Assembly (NCBI GenBank): GCA_965612745.1
Contig: CBFDTD010000004.1
Span: forward strand, 1,253 to 65,252
Direction of reading: 5' to 3'
Length of the DNA: 64,000 nucleotides
Origin: an uncultured bacterium
GTDB taxonomy: Bacteria; Chloroflexota; Anaerolineae; B4-G1
Made by a program: the position numbers and the translations under genes. A model generated the notes under the pieces. It worked only from the letters and a program-made list of their open reading frames with translations, was not told the origin of the DNA and did no database searches. Below, one piece after another: positions 48,611 through 58,233 of this stretch. Each line of letters begins with the position of its first letter. Position 1 is the first letter of the stretch.

Positions 48611-48769
48611 ACCAAGACTCAGACCAACGTTGAGTTGGTGTCACCGCAGACCGGCACCCAATTGCTCTCCACCACCCACTACACGTCGTATGATAGCCAC
48701 AATTCAGGCGCGGTTTATGAACTTTGGGAAATTACTTCGGGTATCGGGCTTGAGCGCCTGCCCGCCCCA

Positions 48770-48898
48770 AGTTGAAAACTCGGGGCTGAGCAGACTCGAA
48801 GCCCGTTGGAAACGGGCTAAAGCGCCTTCCCGGCGTGGCTTTAGGGCGCTTTGAGCGCCCTTCGACCTGCTTAGCCCGGGGTATTCAACCCCAGGCGA
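48770..48898. repeat. REP-like multi-hairpin element (different family)
   Basis: AGCCCGTTGGAAACGGGCT, GGGCGCTTTGAGCGCCC, CCCGGGGTATTCAACCCCAGG stems. Confidence 0.65.
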
Positions 48899-48934
48899 GG
48901 TCTTCATCAACCGCCTGAGCAGTAACATTCGGAC

Positions 48935-49255
48935 TCAGAACTGGCCCCTTGGGCCTCTGTAGACCCGGTAGGTATTCTCCGACAGGATAACCAGAGCGCG
49001 CTGAAGTTCCTCCTCGCCCAAGACCTTCGCCTTAAGAAAACGCTCCAGGACGTCGTTAACCGCTTCAACCGTCTGGTGTCTCAACCGAAGGACGATGATG
49101 CCGATTTCGCTGCGCTCCGCGAAATAGTAAATCTCCCCGAAGTCCAAATCGTGGGTGAGGATGATCCGCCCCTCACGCTTGGTCATAGCCACGATTTCAG
49201 AGTCACTTAAGCGCCGTGGCCCTTCTCGGCATAGGCTATGGCAGGGATAACCCAA
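48935..49255 (-). pseudogene. DUF5615/PIN-like protein lacking its N-terminal strand
   Basis: LSDSEIV...EGRIILTHDLDFGE...GIIVLRL; the N-terminal F-L-x-D segment is absent. Confidence 0.65.
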
Positions 49256-49267
49256 AACCGTACTTGT

Positions 49268-49459
49268 TTACCGCTGAGCCCGCAGAGGACGCAGAGGGTC
49301 AGGAAAACTATTCACTATCCGGCGAATGCCATCCTTCAGCACCTTGACATTGAAATTGATCAACAAGCCAACTTTGCAGCCAGAAAGTCTCAGGTAGGAG
49401 AGCAATTGAGCCTGATGGATTGGTGCCAGGCGATCAACAGCCTTGATCTCCACGATGAC
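49268..49459 (-). pseudogene. C-terminal half of a GxxExxY-family protein
   Basis: [50 protein letters not shown]; the GxxExxY N-half is missing. Confidence 0.8.
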
Positions 49460-49519
49460 CTTATAATTTTACCCCATATAGCGATAAAAATCAAAAGAAG
49501 CGTGCAGTACCATCCTATC

Positions 49520-50623
49520 TCAAATTGCCAAAAGCTCCTCGTATAACCTCACGATCCTATCCACCATCACCTCTTTGGAGAATTGCCTCGCCCGTTCTCT
49601 TCCCTGCCTTCCCAACCTCTTACGCAGGCCCTCATCCGCCAGAAGTTGGTTGATCGCTTCGACTAAGACTTTGGGATCGCGCGGCGGCACCACCAGCCCG
49701 GTCTCACCGTGGACGTTAATGTAAGAAGTACCAGTTCCCAGCTCGGTGCAGATCACGGGCTTGCCGCAGGCCATGGCCTCTATCTGCACCACGCCGAAGG
49801 CCTCGCTGCGATGCGAAGCGGGCAGGACGAAGAGGTCGCAGGCGTGATAGTAGAGAGGCAGCTCCTCATCGGGCACCTCGCCCAGGAAGATGACCCTATC
49901 CTTCAGGCCCAGGTCCTCTGCCAGGGCCTGCCACTCCCCTTCCATGGGTCCCGCCCCCACCACAAGGAGCCGCACCTCAATCCTCCACATGGCCTCCAGG
50001 AGATATTGGAGCCCTTTGTAGTAGCGCAGCTTGCCCACGAAAAGGAGTAGAGGTGAGCCATAGCGCCGCTTGATGGCTTGGACCTTACCGTTATCCACAT
50101 TTTGGAAAGGTTTGAGGTCTATTCCCAAGGGAATGACCGTGCACTTATCGGCAAAGCGGCTGAGATAGGGGGAACTGCGGATGTAATTGGGGCTGGTGGC
50201 GATGATGCGATCGGCCTTGGCCAGAACCTTCCACAGAAAGGGTTTGTATACGCGCAATAGATATTTCTGCCGGACGACGTCGCTGTGGTAGGTGAGGACG
50301 AACCTTCGGCTTTGCCCCAGGAAAAGCTGGCCGAGTTCGCCCGGTGGATTGGGGAAATGGAGGTGGGCGATGTCCGGCTTCAGGCGGCGCATCCAGGCGT
50401 AGAAGCGGGGGCTAATGGGGGCACCGGAGATGCGTAGGGGGCAGCCGGCCTTGATCACCGGCACTCCTTCGATCTCCTCGATGGCCGTCCTCGACCCAGT
50501 GTTGGTGACCAGCACCTGGACGTCAATGCCCCGCCCGATCAGCCCCTCGGCCAGCATCTTGATGTGGTTCTCGATCCCGCCCAGGACGGGGTAGTAGTCC
50601 TTGTAAATCTGGAGTACTTTCAA
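49520..50623 (-). CDS. GT4 glycosyltransferase
   Basis: GGIENH, GKLRYYKG, EAFGVVQIEAMACG. Confidence 0.92.
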   Translation of the reverse strand: MKVLQIYKDYYPVLGGIENHIKMLAEGLIGRGIDVQVLVTNTGSRTAIEEIEGVPVIKAGCPLRISGAPISPRFYAWMRRLKPDIAHLHFPNPPGELGQLFLGQSRRFVLTYHSDVVRQKYLLRVYKPFLWKVLAKADRIIATSPNYIRSSPYLSRFADKCTVIPLGIDLKPFQNVDNGKVQAIKRRYGSPLLLFVGKLRYYKGLQYLLEAMWRIEVRLLVVGAGPMEGEWQALAEDLGLKDRVIFLGEVPDEELPLYYHACDLFVLPASHRSEAFGVVQIEAMACGKPVICTELGTGTSYINVHGETGLVVPPRDPKVLVEAINQLLADEGLRKRLGRQGRERARQFSKEVMVDRIVRLYEELLAI

Positions 50624-51759
50624 CGGCTCGTTACCTCCCTATAAACCTCTAGTGTCTCCTGTGCCGTCCGCTCCCAGGAGAACTTCGCTGCCTGTTGCAG
50701 GCCCTTCTCCCTCATCTCCTCCTGCAGCGCCTCATTGTGCAAGACCTCCTCGATCCTTGCTGCCATCTCCGTAACGTCGAGAGGATCGAAGGTCAGCGCC
50801 GCCTCACCTACGATCTCCGGCAGGCTGGACGTATTGGAGCAGACCACTGGCGTCCCACAGGCTATGGCCTCCAGCACCGGCAGGCCGAAACCCTCGTAGA
50901 GGGAGGGGAAGACGAAGAGGGTTGCGCCGCTGTAAAGGGCGGGCAGGTCGGCCTCGGCCACCTCGCCGAGGAAGATGACCCTGTCTTGCAGCCCTAACTC
51001 GGCGGCCTTCCGCCGCGCATGGGGATAGCGGGGGTCTTCTCTTCCAGCAATGACCAATGACCAATGATCAAATCCCAATGACCCAATGACTAAGGACCAG
51101 GCTTCGATGAGGCGAACGAGGTTTTTGTGGGGCTTGTTGATGCCAAAGTAGAGGACGTAGCGATTGGGAAGATGGTACTTGTAGCGCACCTTGGCGATAG
51201 TTTCAGGAGATTGAGGTTCAAAGTGTCCGCTAGCAGCTTCATGTACCACGCTGATTTTACTGGTTGACAAGCGGAAGAATTGCACCAAATCATGTTTAGA
51301 AGCTTCCGAGACAGCGATGATATGGTCAGCGGTATGTACGGCCAGCCAGTGGGTCAGTCGGTACAGGCATCTGGCTGCCGGACTGGGCAATTCTTGTGGG
51401 TATATTAGAGGAATAAGATCGTGGACAGTCAACACCGAGGGACATGGCAGCCAGTATGGCTTGATGTAGTAGGGAGAATGACAAATGTCCAATGACAAAT
51501 GGCCAATGACCAAAGGGAGGCGAAGCTGCTCAGTCCAAGAAAAGGTGGGAACGTTGGTTCGCACCAGTTCGATGTTAGGGAAATGGGCCAGGCTGGCCAG
51601 GTCGTAGCGGGTGTTGAGGAGAGTGGGATTATGGAGGATGACGAAACTCTCATCGGGGGCCACTTTGGCCAGAGCCCTTGCGAGGCTATAGGTATAGCGC
51701 CCGATGCCGGGGAAATGGTCTTGGATATAACGCCCGTCAATGCCGATGCGCAGTTTCAT
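50620..51759 (-). CDS. GT4 glycosyltransferase (WbdB/MtfB mannosyltransferase-like)
   Basis: GIGRY, KPHKN, FPSLYEGFGLPVLEAIACG. Confidence 0.92.
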   Translation of the reverse strand: MKLRIGIDGRYIQDHFPGIGRYTYSLARALAKVAPDESFVILHNPTLLNTRYDLASLAHFPNIELVRTNVPTFSWTEQLRLPLVIGHLSLDICHSPYYIKPYWLPCPSVLTVHDLIPLIYPQELPSPAARCLYRLTHWLAVHTADHIIAVSEASKHDLVQFFRLSTSKISVVHEAASGHFEPQSPETIAKVRYKYHLPNRYVLYFGINKPHKNLVRLIEAWSLVIGSLGFDHWSLVIAGREDPRYPHARRKAAELGLQDRVIFLGEVAEADLPALYSGATLFVFPSLYEGFGLPVLEAIACGTPVVCSNTSSLPEIVGEAALTFDPLDVTEMAARIEEVLHNEALQEEMREKGLQQAAKFSWERTAQETLEVYREVTSR

Positions 51760-53057
51760 CTCCAGACCCCGAATCGCTTCGCCAATAAGTCACCCAACCG
51801 AGACACAATAACTGGGAGTAGATGAAGTTGGTTAACAGCAATGGTCCCTAGTGACACCGGTGCTTCGCGTGGGATCATCTCGGTCACATATTGGGCCACC
51901 AGGCCCAGGTTCCAAAGGATCAGCGCCACCCCGGCGGGATATAACGCGCGCAATCCGACATGCCTACGCAACGATTCGACCAGCGCAGCCATGCCTAGCA
52001 GATAAGCCGGTGTGTTATTAACCAGGAAGCGCTGTCCAAAGGCGGCGCCTCCCGCCCATGCACTCCACCCCCCGACGACGTACACCTGGGAAGTTAAACC
52101 CACAGCTAGCAGCATTGCCAGCTGCCAGTCACGGCGAGTCAGGGGGGCCAGGCCGCTCACCGCCAATAAAAGTGCCGGCGTCCAGGTGAACAGGCCATGG
52201 TGGAGCGAGAATAGCACATTGATAAAGTTGGGCGAGGTTGGATTGAAGGTGTTGCCTGTTGAAGAGTGGTAAGGGTTGAAGACGAGCCAACAGTCGTAAA
52301 CTTTATGCCAGACGTACATTTGTGGAAAGAACGCCGCCAACAGCCCTATGCCAAAGGCTATGCCATTTAGCGCTGTTGGAGCGAACCGGCTGCGAAGATC
52401 ACCTCGCAACGTGAGCAGGAGTTCCATCGCTGGGATCAGCACCAGCAGCCCATTCTGGGTACGCACCAGTGCCGCCAGCCCAATCGTCGCGCCCAGCAAC
52501 AGCCAGCCCCATGCCTTTCGGTTGGAGCGTGTCCGATACCAAGTGTAAACGAAGAGGGCGTTAACGAAGGCATCATTGGCATGAGCCATTGATGGGTGCA
52601 AGTACATATAGAATACGAGCGGCGAGGTAAACCAAATTACGAAGGTTGCCAGCAATGCTGCGCCAGAGCCAAACAATTCACGGGCCAAGTGGTACAGAAG
52701 GAGCAAGCCGATGAAGGCATATATCGTTGAAGCCAGGCTGGTCGCCGTGAAGTATGCCGGACCATAGCCATCGCCACGGGCGATAAGATGGGCGATCAGG
52801 AAGAATGGTGCCCACAGGACAGCCGAACCGATAGCCCACGGGTTATCCTTGTACCCGGTCGCAGTAGTGCCGGCTATCCAACCATAACCGAAGTGCTCAT
52901 ACTCGTTAGCCGTGTTCAGATCACCATCAATCACCGCTGAGCGCAGCCATGAGTAGTAAGCCATGCCGTCGGCGCCATGTACCCAGGGCTTGAAGAAGAG
53001 AAATAGACCTATCAGATGGATGATTCCTAAAATCAAGTAATCCCGGTGTCGTTTCAT
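51756..53057 (-). CDS. Polytopic GT-C-fold (ArnT/PMT-like) glycosyltransferase
   Basis: Luminal DGMAYY motif after TM1, more than 10 TM helices, ALVRTQN, AFGQRF. Confidence 0.72.
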   Translation of the reverse strand: MKRHRDYLILGIIHLIGLFLFFKPWVHGADGMAYYSWLRSAVIDGDLNTANEYEHFGYGWIAGTTATGYKDNPWAIGSAVLWAPFFLIAHLIARGDGYGPAYFTATSLASTIYAFIGLLLLYHLARELFGSGAALLATFVIWFTSPLVFYMYLHPSMAHANDAFVNALFVYTWYRTRSNRKAWGWLLLGATIGLAALVRTQNGLLVLIPAMELLLTLRGDLRSRFAPTALNGIAFGIGLLAAFFPQMYVWHKVYDCWLVFNPYHSSTGNTFNPTSPNFINVLFSLHHGLFTWTPALLLAVSGLAPLTRRDWQLAMLLAVGLTSQVYVVGGWSAWAGGAAFGQRFLVNNTPAYLLGMAALVESLRRHVGLRALYPAGVALILWNLGLVAQYVTEMIPREAPVSLGTIAVNQLHLLPVIVSRLGDLLAKRFGVWR

Positions 53058-54365
53058 CTATCCTCGCTTCCACGCTCTGGGGAACTTTTGCTTCAAAATC
53101 AGCCATCCAAGCAAGCCCCAGAGTATAAGCATGCCGTAGGTAGCCAAAGAGGTGAGCCAAGGGTAAGGCTCCAGTTGATGCCAAAATAGGCCCTGAATAT
53201 CAATAAGTCCATAAGCTAGCAAGGCGAGGCCGAGAATAGGATTAGATAGAGTCCCTTGCCAGCCACGCTGGGCTAAGACGGTAAAAGGAATGGCAAGCAA
53301 CAAGAGATGGTGATACCAGGTGACTGGTGCGATTAAATGCACGGCAATAAGGACCAACGAAAGCTCCAAGTCAAAGAAAGCTTCAATAGACCCTTTTGGC
53401 CAACAGATTAAGACGGTTGCTGCTACGACTAACACGGAAAGGGAACGAGCCAAGGTTTGAGCCAGGATCTGCTGATCTTCTACTCTCCCCGTAGCTGGGT
53501 GAACCAACAAGCGAGCTAGAAACCCTAGCAATGACTGATTGGGCGGGTAAAGCATGATTTCGTTTCTCACCCCCAGAGCTATCCCGTTCGTTAGGTACGA
53601 CTTATAGATCTCGACCCCCACCAGCGGCATGGTTAATAAAACGATAAGCAATAAACCAGCGATAAAAGCCACTACCAAGCGAAAGCGCTGCCGCCAAAAC
53701 AAATATGCTGTCAAAGCTATTGGAATCACTTTCAGCATGGTGCCAATAGCCAAAGCTATACCGCTAAGGGTTTCTCGCCGGCGTCGAAAAGCAAAAAAGG
53801 CCCAAGCTACGGTAAGTAAAATAAGCGCATTCACTTGCCCAGCGTAAAGAGTGGTAAGAGCAGGTACAAAGAAACCCAGGATGACAAATGGCAATATATT
53901 CTTGCCCTCAAACTCAGACCTTGTAGCTTCTGCCAGCAACCATGCTGAGCCAACTAGAGCAAGAGCACTAATAAACGCCCAAACAAAAGCTGCCAAACGG
54001 GGTTTTAAGGCCAGAAGGGGCATAACCAGGAGAGCTGTGAGAGGAGGGTAACGATACGGGGGAGCGTAGTGAGGAACGGCTAGAACGCGTCCTAACTCTG
54101 CCCAGGCGGGATCGCTGATCTGGTAGAGATCGAGACCACGTTTAAGCGCTTCGGCGGCCAAGTAATATAGATAAAAGTCAATCAGTTTATTAGCCATGAC
54201 AACAAATCCGCCCCAACTCGCATACATTATTAGCATTAGCGCCATTATGACCCGTACAGCCCGAGAGGAAGACGCCAATTTTTTGGCTTCTGTGAGCACA
54301 TAGTTCCACACTGTAATCAACTTGCCCTTCAGAGATCCAAGACACGGAGCCATGCTCTGCTCCAA
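53058..54365 (-). CDS. GT87/DUF2029 polytopic glycosyltransferase
   Basis: DFYLYY, YRYPP, GQVN, LKVIP, NQSL, WYHH; true start may be downstream of 54365. Confidence 0.82.
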   Translation of the reverse strand: MEQSMAPCLGSLKGKLITVWNYVLTEAKKLASSSRAVRVIMALMLIMYASWGGFVVMANKLIDFYLYYLAAEALKRGLDLYQISDPAWAELGRVLAVPHYAPPYRYPPLTALLVMPLLALKPRLAAFVWAFISALALVGSAWLLAEATRSEFEGKNILPFVILGFFVPALTTLYAGQVNALILLTVAWAFFAFRRRRETLSGIALAIGTMLKVIPIALTAYLFWRQRFRLVVAFIAGLLLIVLLTMPLVGVEIYKSYLTNGIALGVRNEIMLYPPNQSLLGFLARLLVHPATGRVEDQQILAQTLARSLSVLVVAATVLICWPKGSIEAFFDLELSLVLIAVHLIAPVTWYHHLLLLAIPFTVLAQRGWQGTLSNPILGLALLAYGLIDIQGLFWHQLEPYPWLTSLATYGMLILWGLLGWLILKQKFPRAWKRG

Positions 54366-55417
54366 TTAGCAAGGTTATGAACTTGTTGCACTGTTGCCTG
54401 CTGTTCTTTACCTATTCTCTCGCGTATTAGGTAAATCTGGAGCATAGTTGTTGCCATGTCATTGATGTCAACTGAGCATTGAATAGTAGGTAGGTCTAAT
54501 AAGCCCTCCACATCAGTGGAAATGGTAGCGATACCGCAAGCCATGCTCTCCAAAGCGGCAAGGGATGTTCCCTCACTGCGCCGAGTAGGAATGAGGGTCA
54601 TCATAGCTGATGAGTAGATTTGAGGCATCCTCTCCCTAGCCACGTTCCCCAGAAAGTAGACCTTGCCTACTAAATCTAACTCTTCGATCAACTGCGTTAA
54701 CAAAAGCTTGTACCTGAATTGCCTCATGTTATCGTAGATGATGTCGCCAACGATGACAAGATTGGTTTGGGGGTATTCTTTGACAAAAATGGCGAAGGCC
54801 TTAATGGCCAAGTCAACGCCGCGAGGATAGGTGAGGTTTCGAGGGACGAGGATGGGATTGAGCCGCTTTAGACTTTCCAGTCCCTCGTTAGGTCTGAAGA
54901 TGTCGGCGTCTACGCAATTGGGGATAAACCACTTGCCAGGAGCTACTTCCTGAAACATACCCTTCTTAGGTGGACAGTTGATTCCCAATTCCCGCATGGC
55001 AAAGGTGTCATTGAAGACATAGCGCCGCGCTCCCTTGAAGGCAATCTGGGCTGAGAGCTTTCGTAAGCGTCGGCGCAAAGGGCTTTCGTCAGCGGTCCAG
55101 GTGGCTCCGTGTGAGAGGACGACGGTGCGGGGGTGCCAAGCAACCGGGAGGTAGTGCTCTGCATTGTTGATGATCAACCAATCCTCCCGTGCCAAGTCGA
55201 GAAGCCTAAAAGGAAGACCTATATTAAAGGCGATCTGCTTAGGCATAAAGGGTAGCCGAGGAACAAACCTGAATTCCTTCCCTCGAATGCCTGTATTAAC
55301 CTGATAGATACGCTGGGAATAGCCTGCTTGAGCGAAGACCTCATAGAGCATGCCTACATAGGTCTCCATCCCGCCCACTATTGGTTTATAGCGATAGGTA
55401 ACGTGGCCGATTCTCAC
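54329..55417 (-). CDS. GT4 glycosyltransferase
   Basis: GGMETY, RNLTYPRG, EGTSLAALESMACG. Confidence 0.88.
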   Translation of the reverse strand: MRIGHVTYRYKPIVGGMETYVGMLYEVFAQAGYSQRIYQVNTGIRGKEFRFVPRLPFMPKQIAFNIGLPFRLLDLAREDWLIINNAEHYLPVAWHPRTVVLSHGATWTADESPLRRRLRKLSAQIAFKGARRYVFNDTFAMRELGINCPPKKGMFQEVAPGKWFIPNCVDADIFRPNEGLESLKRLNPILVPRNLTYPRGVDLAIKAFAIFVKEYPQTNLVIVGDIIYDNMRQFRYKLLLTQLIEELDLVGKVYFLGNVARERMPQIYSSAMMTLIPTRRSEGTSLAALESMACGIATISTDVEGLLDLPTIQCSVDINDMATTMLQIYLIRERIGKEQQATVQQVHNLANWSRAWLRVLDL

Positions 55418-56157
55418 TAGAACCCCCGCTTTTCCCAGAGCTTGGCATACTTCAGGAACTGATACCAGGAGAGAAAAAGGCTATTCACTAAACCCAAAAA
55501 GCCATTTCTCCAGCCCTGCCGAAATATGTAAAGCCAGAAGAACAAGGCAAGAGGCCTCAGCAGCATATACCATCGAAAGCGAGCCCCCTGCTGGAAGAGT
55601 TCTTCTGCCTCGATGGAGGTGTATTGATTGATCTTATCCCAGTAATCTGATAGATCTTTATACGTATGATGCAGAATAGCTCCCTTGAGATAGCCCACTT
55701 CCCCCCTTACCTTTACACGCTCATGAACCACCCCCTCAAAGTGCCCTTTGCCCTTACGAAAAAGGCGCAGCTTATAGTCGGGATAAAGCCCGGCATAGCG
55801 CATCCAGCGGTCGCCTAGATAATTCTTACGGGGAAGATAGAAGCCATCAACGTTGGGAGAGCCGTGGAGCAGATTAATGATCTCCCCCCTTAGCTCGGGA
55901 GAGACCCGTTCATCGGCATCTAGACACAAAACCCAATCACCTGATGCCTGGGCGATACCCCAGTTTTTCTGGGCTGCATATCCCTGCCATGCCTTTCGAT
56001 AGACTTTGTCCGTATACTCTCGACAGATCTCTATCGTCCGGTCTTCGCTACAGGCATCAACAATGATGATTTCATCCGCCCAGCGGACGCTCTCCAGGCA
56101 ATCACGGATTCGTGCTTCCTCATTTTTTGTGATAATCACCACTGACAGCCTACTCAT
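55417..56157 (-). CDS. GT2 glycosyltransferase (WaaE/KdtX-like)
   Basis: VIITKNEE, QKNW, LDADE, VHE; start MSRLSV at 56157. Confidence 0.9.
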   Translation of the reverse strand: MSRLSVVIITKNEEARIRDCLESVRWADEIIIVDACSEDRTIEICREYTDKVYRKAWQGYAAQKNWGIAQASGDWVLCLDADERVSPELRGEIINLLHGSPNVDGFYLPRKNYLGDRWMRYAGLYPDYKLRLFRKGKGHFEGVVHERVKVRGEVGYLKGAILHHTYKDLSDYWDKINQYTSIEAEELFQQGARFRWYMLLRPLALFFWLYIFRQGWRNGFLGLVNSLFLSWYQFLKYAKLWEKRGF

Positions 56158-56176
56158 ATTGCCCTCACCGGTCAAA

Positions 56177-57295
56177 TTACCCCAAGGCAGCAACCTCGTC
56201 ATAGACCCCGGCAATACGCTTGACCATGTTTTCGACGTTAAATTCAGTGGCGCACCGTTCCCAACCTCGTCGCCCCATCTCTCTGGCCAGGTCTGGGTGC
56301 TCGATGAGTCGCCGAATGGCCATAGCGAGGGCTTCCGGGTCCGCTGGCGGCACCAGAATACCTGTTTGTCCATCCAAAACCACGTCTGCGACACCATCAA
56401 CGTCGGTGGCGATGATGGGTAGGCCGTTAGCCATAGCCTCCAAAAGCACAAGGCCAAAAGGCTCCCATAACGACGGCAAAACGAAGATGTCGAAGGTGGA
56501 CATCAGGGCCGCAGCGTTAGGCTGGAATCCAAGCAGCTTGACATTTTCGGTAACCCCAAGTGCCTCGATATATTGCTGTAAGCTATTTCGCAGATGCCCC
56601 TCTCCGACGAAGTGAAATTGGGCCTCAGGATGGCTTTTGAGCACTATGGCAGCAGCTTTGATCAAGTAGGGCAGACCTTTCTGCTCAGTAAGGTTAGCAA
56701 CGGTGCCGATAATAGGCGAAGAAGCGTTCGGGGAGAAAACTGTGCAACGTTCTTGGACAACCTGGTGAGCATGGGGGATGACCACGACCTTCCCTGGGTT
56801 AATGCGCAGCACTTCGGTGTAAAAGCGTGCCACGCCTGAGGAGAGTGCGATGATCTTCCTGGCGAGGAATCGCACAACGAAATGGCGAACGAGGTTATTT
56901 ATCCAGCGAATTCTCTTTGGGATGCGAGCACGCCTGTACCAATCGAGGGAGATATTATGCTCGGTCTGAACGACACCTTGAACCCCCGCCAGTCGAGCGG
57001 CGATGCCACCCTGTAGCAGGCACCGAGATTGTTGCGCATGCACCAGGTCAATCTGCTCCCTGAGGATGATGCGGCATAGTTTGCTGATACTTTCCCAGTC
57101 CCAGCCGGGACGGGATGGGATGTCATAATATTGATACCCAGCCGCTTGCACCATTTCCGCGAAGGGGCCGTTATGCGGAAAGGCGAAGACCAAATGATAG
57201 CGATTGCGATCAAACCCCTCCGCTAACATCGTGAGGTGCTTTTCGACTCCTCCGTAGTGGCCAGACCAATTAACGATCAGGACGTTCACAATCAT
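56177..57295 (-). CDS. GT4 glycosyltransferase
   Basis: GGVEKH, QKG, EPFGLVLLEAMANG. Confidence 0.92.
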   Translation of the reverse strand: MIVNVLIVNWSGHYGGVEKHLTMLAEGFDRNRYHLVFAFPHNGPFAEMVQAAGYQYYDIPSRPGWDWESISKLCRIILREQIDLVHAQQSRCLLQGGIAARLAGVQGVVQTEHNISLDWYRRARIPKRIRWINNLVRHFVVRFLARKIIALSSGVARFYTEVLRINPGKVVVIPHAHQVVQERCTVFSPNASSPIIGTVANLTEQKGLPYLIKAAAIVLKSHPEAQFHFVGEGHLRNSLQQYIEALGVTENVKLLGFQPNAAALMSTFDIFVLPSLWEPFGLVLLEAMANGLPIIATDVDGVADVVLDGQTGILVPPADPEALAMAIRRLIEHPDLAREMGRRGWERCATEFNVENMVKRIAGVYDEVAALG

Positions 57296-58233
57296 TCCCT
57301 CCTGGTCATGAAGTGCTCAATTACTCCCCGTAAGTAACCAGAAATATCGGCCAGGTCATTGACAATGGCTAAAAAGGGAATGATAAAAAGCACTGGCCAT
57401 TTAGCCACGCGGCGCCAAGCCTTTAGGATCCTTCGACCAAGATAGGCAGTAGCTAAACTCCCCAACAATATCCTCGCAAAAGCGGACGGCTTTGCCAAAA
57501 CAAGCAATCCAGCCATTGCTCCATAGATAGCTGCTCGCGCCATGTATCCAATCGGATTCACCAAAGCACGACCATCTCCCCGTGCATATCCATAGTACTG
57601 ACGGAATAGGGCTCTTAGATTGGAACGGGGGCGCCAATATACCCAAGCATCCTCGGCATTTCTGAATTCAAAGCCGGCCTTCCTGAGTTGGAGGGCAAAG
57701 AAGGTATCTTCCCCATGATCGAGCCACTCTGGGTATCCCCCCACCGCTTCCCAAGCGGACTTGCGGAAGGCGATAGAGCGGCTAGAAGGAAGCCAGGCAT
57801 CAGGATCAGTGCCCTCAGGAGGGCAACCCGTAAGCGCCGCCACACATTCCTCAAAGAAAGTCTCGGGAGCCACCTTGAAGAAACCGCCGACAACATCTAC
57901 AATAGGGTCCTCTTCAAAAGGTCGCACGATGTTGCGTAGCCAATTCCTGTCCAACTTGCACCCCACATCAGTGGAAGCGATGATATCATGTGAAGAATTT
58001 TGGATAGAGATATTTCTGCCTCGGGAGATATTTGCTCCCTTAGCCACGATCAACTTAATGGGAATGCCTTTCTCGATGTAATCTTTAATTATCTCCACTG
58101 ACTCATCAGTCGAGCCGCCATCGGTGATTACAATCTCGTCAGGTAGCTCAGATTGAGCGAGGAGAGAATCTAGAAACACCTTTATAGAATTGGCTTCATT
58201 CTTGACAGTTGTGATGACGGAGACCTTAGCCAT
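57292..58233 (-). CDS. GT2 glycosyltransferase
   Basis: TVKNE, DGGSTD, GRN, TDVG, GEDT. Confidence 0.9.
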   Translation of the reverse strand: MAKVSVITTVKNEANSIKVFLDSLLAQSELPDEIVITDGGSTDESVEIIKDYIEKGIPIKLIVAKGANISRGRNISIQNSSHDIIASTDVGCKLDRNWLRNIVRPFEEDPIVDVVGGFFKVAPETFFEECVAALTGCPPEGTDPDAWLPSSRSIAFRKSAWEAVGGYPEWLDHGEDTFFALQLRKAGFEFRNAEDAWVYWRPRSNLRALFRQYYGYARGDGRALVNPIGYMARAAIYGAMAGLLVLAKPSAFARILLGSLATAYLGRRILKAWRRVAKWPVLFIIPFLAIVNDLADISGYLRGVIEHFMTRRE

